From the IMG/VR virus record IMGVR_UViG_3300042904_000246, positions 1 to 40,508 of that record: a stretch of 40,508 nucleotides of DNA, one strand, 5' to 3'. The notes under the pieces were generated by a model. The model saw nothing but the letters and a program-made list of their open reading frames with translations. It had not been told where the DNA came from and did no database searches. Of the stretch, positions 35,591 through 40,508 are shown piece after piece; position 1 is the stretch's first letter; every line of letters starts with the position of its first letter. The stretch is from a virus (taxonomy: Duplodnaviria > Caudoviricetes). The translations under genes and the position numbers were made by a program.

Positions 35591-35969
35591 CGCCCTAACC
35601 AACGATAGACGAGCTCGACGAGCAATGAGCCCAGGACCACGCCGCTAAAGGCCCCCAGCCAGCCCAGGACGCCGCCGGACGGCGCTTTCCGGCCCACATG
35701 GGCATTAATCTGCTCGTACCGGGCCGTTTCCTCGAGATCCAGCAGCCGTTTGCCGATCTCCGTACGGATATTCAGCCCGTCCGGACCCAGCCCGCGGGCT
35801 TCGTCGGCCACTTCATGCAGCAAACGGACCGCCGGCGTCATGGCTTCGCGCTCCGCGGTGAGCTTTCCAACCCCCGGCGTCACTCTTGCCGCCTTCTCCC
35901 GCTCCAGCGCGTGCAAGAACTCTTCCGACGTCACCACGCGCCCCCGCGGATCCAACATGTTACCTTCCA
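35587..35969 (-). CDS. Hypothetical protein with C-terminal TM helix
   Basis: AGGAGAGG SD before ATG 35969; VLGWLGAFSGVVLGSLLVELVY. Confidence 0.6.
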
Positions 35970-36021
35970 TAGCCTCTCCTTGATCGCCAAGCAACAACAC
36001 CTTAAACCTCTTTTCGGCTAG

Positions 36022-36366
36022 TCAGACAGAGAACCCTTGCCCGCTAGGTGCTTTTTTCGCGCTAGGGTCCGCAAGAGTGCCCCGAGCGCGCATGTCGTCG
36101 ACGATTAAGCGCGTGAGACCCCGCGCCGCCGCCTGGAAGGCCAGGGAGCGCCGATCCGCCGCGGCCGTCTCGAACGCCCAGGCTACCTGCGCCTTTTCGT
36201 CCCCGTCCCCCTCGTAGCTCGCGACGAGCTCCAGGGTTTCCCCGCGACGGCACGCCTGCGCGATCCGGCGCCCTTCCTCGAGGCTTTCCTGCGGCGCCAG
36301 ATGATACCCGGGCTCGATCCGGTGCTCACTCGTCACTCTAAATAGATGCATCACGCCTCTTCCCAC
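36022..36366 (-). CDS. Hypothetical protein (true start probably at about 36351-36354)
   Basis: Fills the gap in the coupled gene chain. Confidence 0.55.
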   Translation of the reverse strand: MGRGVMHLFRVTSEHRIEPGYHLAPQESLEEGRRIAQACRRGETLELVASYEGDGDEKAQVAWAFETAAADRRSLAFQAAARGLTRLIVDDMRARGTLADPSAKKAPSGQGFSV

Positions 36367-36575
36367 GGAATACCGAGCAAGTCCAACGCCTGCCCGAGCA
36401 ACGTTTCCGGATCCGGCCCGGTGTAAATATGCGCTCCGATCGCGTCTTCCGCGTGATCGAACGCATAAACCGGCGTACAGTCGTTATCAATCAAAACCAG
36501 CACGTCCGCGGCCTGCACGTCGCCGGTATCGATTGCCGCCTTCAGTTCAGCCAGATTCTTAAACTTCATCGTCAA
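36351..36575 (-). CDS. Small acidic hypothetical protein
   Basis: LIDNDCT.VY..LDLLGIPWE; coupled to its neighbours. Confidence 0.65.
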   Translation of the reverse strand: MTMKFKNLAELKAAIDTGDVQAADVLVLIDNDCTPVYAFDHAEDAIGAHIYTGPDPETLLGQALDLLGIPWEEA

Positions 36576-36784
36576 CCCTTCAGTCGTTTGTAACGCTCCA
36601 CCGGCTCACCGGTAAGCATCGAGGGGCGCTTCCAGTCCTCGAAATCCCGCACGTAGACCTCTTGCGTATCGAAGCTCCGGTAAACGATCACCAGCGCCGA
36701 AGTTTCCGCGCACTTCGCGACGTGCAATACCTCGTAAACGCCGCCCTTAAAATGCACGTAAAGCCCGCCCACTTCCGGAAGCAT
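36572..36784 (-). CDS. DUF1653-like protein (70 aa)
   Basis: GLYVHFKGGVYEV..A..AET...IVY......YVR signature. Confidence 0.8.
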   Translation of the reverse strand: MLPEVGGLYVHFKGGVYEVLHVAKCAETSALVIVYRSFDTQEVYVRDFEDWKRPSMLTGEPVERYKRLKG

Positions 36785-36801
36785 CTAGGGAACCCTCGCT
36801 A
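36782..36801. repeat. 20-bp direct repeat, copy 1 (catctagggaaccctcgcta)
   Basis: Identical to 38643-38662; contains the queC stop and the DUF1653 ATG. Confidence 0.95.
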
Positions 36802-37405
36802 GTGCTTGCTCTCGACCCACGCAGGCCCCGCACTGTTCGCACGGCTCGACGCCGCCTTCATAGCAGCTCCAGGTATCTTCGAACCTTACCCCCAGCGTCC
36901 GGCCCAGCTCCACCACCTCGGATTTAGGCCAGAGATCGAACGGAGCCGCGACTCTCACCCCGGAAACGGTCCCCGCCTGCGCCGCGCGGTCCATGTGATC
37001 CGTAAACGCCGGCCGGCAGTCCGGATAGACGTCGCGATCCCCGCCGTGACTCCCCAGATACACCCAATCGGCTTGATACGTGGACGCGTACCCGGTCGCG
37101 ATCGCGATGAAAATCCCGTTGCGGAAATCAACAATCGTGTCAGCCCCGGAAAGCGCCGCCATGGGCACGTCGTTCCTCGGCATATACAGCAGCGTGGAAC
37201 CGAACTCCCGCATAAACGGGAGACGCTTCGAGATCCACGTTGCCCCGTATTGCTTCGCGAGCGCGCGGGCCGCGTCGATCTCGCGCGCCGCGTGACGTTG
37301 CCCGTAATTGAAGGTGAGCGCATACACCTTTTCGCATCTACTCGCCGCCCACGCCAACAGCACGGCGCTATCGAGCCCACCGGAAAGCAACACCACCGCT
37401 TTCAT
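36785..37405 (-). CDS. queC: 7-cyano-7-deazaguanine (preQ0) synthase
   Basis: KAVVLLSGGLDS, FNYGQRH, RNGIF, YPDCRPAF, TWSCY..PC..CGAC; start moved to ATG 37405 (GGGAG SD, ATGA overlap). Confidence 0.95.
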   Translation of the reverse strand: MKAVVLLSGGLDSAVLLAWAASRCEKVYALTFNYGQRHAAREIDAARALAKQYGATWISKRLPFMREFGSTLLYMPRNDVPMAALSGADTIVDFRNGIFIAIATGYASTYQADWVYLGSHGGDRDVYPDCRPAFTDHMDRAAQAGTVSGVRVAAPFDLWPKSEVVELGRTLGVRFEDTWSCYEGGVEPCEQCGACVGREQALARVP

Positions 37406-38034
37406 AGCCTTAACTCCCTCTGCGCCATGAGTTGCCCCCAAACATTACGAAACACTCGAAAGTTATCCTTGCTCCGCAAGATGTTCGCGGTATCGCAAGA
37501 ATCTGCGCCGGACTCGTAAGCGAAGCGACATGATCGGCCTGAACTGGAACGCGCGTAATGGAACCGCTTCCCATGCCGGTGCGCGAGTTCTGCCCACTCC
37601 GGCGCGGAGTTCTTGAATACAGTACTTCCCCCCAGGAAGAGCCCGTCCACGCCCTCGATATGCTCTTCCACGTCCGCGGGATCCATGCCGTCCTGTATCG
37701 CCAGATACCATGGCCATTCCACCGGAAGCGCCCCGGAATGGAGCCAATATAGCGAAAAATTCAGACTTTCCCGGCCGCAGGTGGGCAGATCCGGAAGCAC
37801 CGCCAGATAAGGCGGCAATGCCACCTCGTAAGCCACGGCTAACCGCTTCCGGTAGAGTGCAACGTCCCAATTCTCGTTATGCTTCCAGGCGCTATACGCC
37901 CCGTTATCAAACCCCCACGGTTCACCACTCATCGGGGTTGGGCGTTTGGTTACGAACATGCGCCCCCAGCCCATTTCCCGCATGGCCGGAATCCACATAC
38001 TGCCGTCCGTGACCTCGCCCATTAAAACCGTCAT
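37402..38034 (-). CDS. Compact TGT-fold protein, candidate DpdA-like DNA guanine transglycosylase (210 aa)
   Basis: FDNGAY, LPD, AIQDG, LFLGG, FHYAR and GADSCD occur in the order of the TGT motifs DSGG, QG, IGG, HxxG, GxDxFD; sandwiched between queE and queC with ATGA overlaps. Confidence 0.7.
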   Translation of the reverse strand: MTVLMGEVTDGSMWIPAMREMGWGRMFVTKRPTPMSGEPWGFDNGAYSAWKHNENWDVALYRKRLAVAYEVALPPYLAVLPDLPTCGRESLNFSLYWLHSGALPVEWPWYLAIQDGMDPADVEEHIEGVDGLFLGGSTVFKNSAPEWAELAHRHGKRFHYARSSSGRSCRFAYESGADSCDTANILRSKDNFRVFRNVWGQLMAQRELRL

Positions 38035-38645
38035 TTCAACCCTAACAGCTTGTGTGTTTGTACCGATAGCTGCCAGATCGGACGCGCATGGCAAATCTGC
38101 ACGCATTCCGCGAGATTACTGCTTCCGTCCGGACGCCAAAGCGGTTGCAGTGTCCGCATGGCAAATGCGCCGAACTCTTCCCACGCGCGGAGATCCTCGG
38201 CGCCGGTATAGACTACCGACAACTCCAGGCCCCAATCCTGTTTAGTCCGCAACGGTCGCGGCTCTTTCGGCGATACCCGGATATAGTCCCACGGACCTTC
38301 AACTCGGCGCGCCAACCCGCTCGTCTCCAGCCGAACCCGCTTCCCGAGCCCCTGCAACTTCCAGGCGATCGGCTCGATATTCTGCTCCGTTGGCTCGCCC
38401 CCGGAAATGGACACCCACCCATAAGGATACGCGCGCCCCGCGTCAAACGCGAGCACCGCCGACACGATCTCATCGAGCGTCATCGACGTACCGCCAGCCA
38501 CCGACAACGCCTCGCCCTGGTCACAGACAGCGCGCAACTTGCACGCCTGAACGCACCCCTGCATTCTTACCCGAATGGTAGGAGTGCCCGGGTTATGCCC
38601 CTCGCCTTCCAGATCCGCTACTATCGAATTCACCCGGTAATCCAT
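38031..38645 (-). CDS. queE: 7-carboxy-7-deazaguanine synthase, radical SAM
   Basis: LEGEG..G.P.I.VR.QGC, SGGEP..Q, LETSG, VSPK, LQP, WQLSVQTHK. Confidence 0.9.
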   Translation of the reverse strand: MDYRVNSIVADLEGEGHNPGTPTIRVRMQGCVQACKLRAVCDQGEALSVAGGTSMTLDEIVSAVLAFDAGRAYPYGWVSISGGEPTEQNIEPIAWKLQGLGKRVRLETSGLARRVEGPWDYIRVSPKEPRPLRTKQDWGLELSVVYTGAEDLRAWEEFGAFAMRTLQPLWRPDGSSNLAECVQICHARPIWQLSVQTHKLLGLK

Positions 38646-38662
38646 CTAGGGAACCCTCGCTA
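38643..38662. repeat. 20-bp direct repeat, copy 2
   Basis: Identical to 36782-36801; contains the HAD gene stop and the queE ATG. Confidence 0.95.
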
Positions 38663-39010
38663 ACAAATGCGCCGGCCGGTATTCACTTCCACCCGTACCG
38701 CGCGATCGTCCCACAGCTCACGCATGCGGAAATCCTTCTCGCAAGTGACCACGAGCTCGCGCCCCAGGTGCTCCAGGCACCACGCCTCGATTAAGCGGCG
38801 CTGTTCATCGACTAACCATGGGTAATCCCGAGCACAGGAGACGCGCGCGGTCAGAATCCGGACCTCGATTCCCTGCGCCAGCCACGCCTTCACCCGCTCC
38901 AGCATCGCCGGCACCGGTGGCCCCAAAACGCCTTCATTCCAGCCGTGATATTCGGCGAGCGTACTGTCGAAGTCAACGCCGATCCAGCCGCCTTCCGTCG
39001 TATCTGCCAC
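38660..39010 (-). CDS. Small HAD-superfamily phosphatase-like protein (116 aa)
   Basis: Motif I IGVDFDSTLA, motif II ILTAR, Lys in CEKD, motif IV LWDDRA. Confidence 0.8.
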   Translation of the reverse strand: MADTTEGGWIGVDFDSTLAEYHGWNEGVLGPPVPAMLERVKAWLAQGIEVRILTARVSCARDYPWLVDEQRRLIEAWCLEHLGRELVVTCEKDFRMRELWDDRAVRVEVNTGRRIC

Positions 39011-39013
39011 GCC

Positions 39014-39202
39014 TTAACCGTTCCCCTTCGGGCCGAACACTCGACCAAATAGGCTATCATCCACCCTCGCGGTTTTCGGCCTGGACTCCAGCGCTTTTTT
39101 ACAACCCCCACAGATCGGCGCCGTGAATTTCAGCCCTCGCGCCTGCAACTCCACCTTGAGCAACGCCGGAGCGCCGCAACCGCTTCGACTGCAAGTATCC
39201 AC
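39014..39202 (-). CDS. Small Cys4 protein (62 aa)
   Basis: GTG start after GAGGAG; CSRSGC...CGGC. Confidence 0.55.
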   Translation of the reverse strand: MDTCSRSGCGAPALLKVELQARGLKFTAPICGGCKKALESRPKTARVDDSLFGRVFGPKGNG

Positions 39203-39204
39203 GT

Positions 39205-39405
39205 CTAAAGCTCCTCGTCGTTCACCCAGAGTATTAACCGGAGCAACACCAGCGCCACGATACCGAACGGCCACAGCACCGAAAGAGCCGTCAACATCGC
39301 GGCATCGAATACCGCGTCCGGATTCCGCCGCAAGTAGGCGCGCGACTGGTACAGCGCCACCACCGCCACGACGAAGTACCCCAGCACGTAAAACGCCGTC
39401 AGCAT
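39205..39405 (-). CDS. Small two-TM membrane protein (66 aa)
   Basis: Two hydrophobic helices with an LWP motif; GAGG SD. Confidence 0.7.
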   Translation of the reverse strand: MLTAFYVLGYFVVAVVALYQSRAYLRRNPDAVFDAAMLTALSVLWPFGIVALVLLRLILWVNDEEL

Positions 39406-39413
39406 CCTCTAAT

Positions 39414-39762
39414 CCTCTCTACTCACCTGCGCCGGCGGGAGCACAGGGAACCCTCGACGCGACCACCAGCTCGCCGACACTCTCCAGGCCCGCCGGTGCA
39501 GGATGCGCGGCCGATCGGAACAACTCCAGCGCTATTTCCGGCGTCTTCGCGGCGAAATGCTGATGACGATTGCCGCTCCATATTTGAAACTGAATCGCGT
39601 TTTGCGTTCCCGGCGCGCCTTCAGCCCCATGGCGCCAATAGCCAACCTGCACATGCACCGAATCCGCCGGATCCACCGCCAGCGCTTCAGTTACAAACTC
39701 GGAAAACGTCACTTATTCAACCCCTCTCTATTCACCAACGCCGGCGGGAGCGTAGGGAACCC
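39414..39762. repeat. 40-bp imperfect direct repeat pair (39414-39453 and 39723-39762, 35/40 identical)
   Basis: cctctcta-ctcacc-tg-cgccggcgggagc-ac-agggaaccc versus cctctcta-ttcacc-aa-cgccggcgggagc-gt-agggaaccc. Confidence 0.9.
39419..39712 (-). CDS. Hypothetical protein (97 aa)
   Basis: GTG start after AGAGGGG; ends RVPCAPAGAGE. Confidence 0.65.
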   Translation of the reverse strand: MTFSEFVTEALAVDPADSVHVQVGYWRHGAEGAPGTQNAIQFQIWSGNRHQHFAAKTPEIALELFRSAAHPAPAGLESVGELVVASRVPCAPAGAGE

Positions 39763-39979
39763 CCGCGCGTAATTTACGGACCATCTCCGACGTCTTCGGC
39801 ATCCGCTCAATACGGCACGGAAGGCACGTCTTAAACCGCAACACCAGCCCCGACGACCGGACCGTTTTTCCGCAAGATCCGCAATGGTAGACGAACGGCC
39901 GATGGACGGGCAGCGGGTAAACGCCCAGCTCGCGGAAACGCCACTCTGGACGGGACTCCGGCTCAATCGTCGCGACCAC
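39728..39979 (-). CDS. Small Cys4 Zn-finger-like protein (83 aa)
   Basis: CGSCG...CLPC; ends GVPYAPAGVGE. Confidence 0.6.
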   Translation of the reverse strand: MVATIEPESRPEWRFRELGVYPLPVHRPFVYHCGSCGKTVRSSGLVLRFKTCLPCRIERMPKTSEMVRKLRAGVPYAPAGVGE

Positions 39980-39990
39980 TAGGGAACCCC

Positions 39991-40158
39991 CTACTCCGCT
40001 TTAAGCTCTTCCTCTGCGCACTGCTTCCGGCTCTTCAACTCCTCGATTACTAAATCGATGCCTTCCACATATTCGGACAGCGAACAGCCGACAGACGAAC
40101 ATCGCCGGCCTACATCTTCCGCGATTTTCTCAAACTGCTCCTCGACGCTACGCTTCAT
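39991..40158 (-). CDS. 55 aa acidic helical protein (not in the ORF track)
   Basis: MKRSVEEQFEKIAEDVGRRCSSVGCSLSEYVEGIDLVIEELKSRKQCAEEELKAE; GAGGGG SD. Confidence 0.65.
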   Translation of the reverse strand: MKRSVEEQFEKIAEDVGRRCSSVGCSLSEYVEGIDLVIEELKSRKQCAEEELKAE

Positions 40159-40508
40159 CGCCTACCCCTCTCACACATACAAAGACCACCCCGCGCGGGG
40201 AGTCTCGCGAGGAACGGGACTCCGGCTCTCCATGGGACCCCTACCCGGGGTACGGCACCCCCACCCCGGCACCCGCGGCGCCCGCACGGACGACCCGCCC
40301 CCACCCCCCAGCTCTCGAGCGCTCGCCGGCCTGCGCTCCATGGGTGATGCACTATCCACGCTCTATGCCAGCACTACCACAAGACCCGCTAGAGCCCGCC
40401 CGGTAAACACTCAATTAAGCATAGCGAAAAGATTAGACGCCAGTGCAACTATGACCACTAGCCACCTCTGACTACGGGCCGATAATGCTACTGATAATGT
40501 CTATTTTC

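Noticed and set aside
37402-38034. Assigning the symbol tgt or dpdA outright
   Set aside because: The motifs are divergent and the substrate (DNA versus tRNA) cannot be established without a search or assay.
36782-39993. Repeats read as a CRISPR array or as attL/attR prophage ends
   Set aside because: Spacing is irregular and gene-sized, there are no cas genes or integrase, and phage-like genes continue on both sides.
1-40508. Stop-codon reassignment
   Set aside because: Core genes are intact in the standard code, and TAG, TGA and TAA all end genes at coupled junctions.

Overview
GC-rich fragment of a tailed dsDNA phage (or prophage) with podovirus-like organisation; all credible genes but one are on the minus strand and are tightly coupled by ATGA/TAATG/GTGA overlaps. 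In transcription order (right to left): about 8 kb of small accessory genes including a queE / TGT-fold (DpdA-like) / queC 7-deazaguanine cassette; large terminase; a gene fusing a degenerate copy of the terminase nuclease domain to an Acb2/Tad1-like helical hairpin; portal; a block of lectin/LamG/fibre-like genes; scaffold; major capsid; two paralogous tail adaptor-like proteins; tail nozzle; tail fibre; one opposite-strand secreted protein; and three ejection-type proteins. The last is a >3000 aa polyvalent protein that runs off the left edge and is missing from the ORF track; it carries M15 peptidase, HExxH zincin and two ADP-ribosyltransferase-like motifs. Most notable: (1) the terminase-paralog/sponge fusion beside terL, (2) an AGGGAACCC junction motif whose longer direct repeats precisely bracket the que cassette and another accessory gene, and (3) the modular ejected protein. 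No integrase, replication genes, clear lysis cassette, small terminase, RNA genes or CRISPR array were recognised. All family assignments come from motif recognition by eye, not from database searches.
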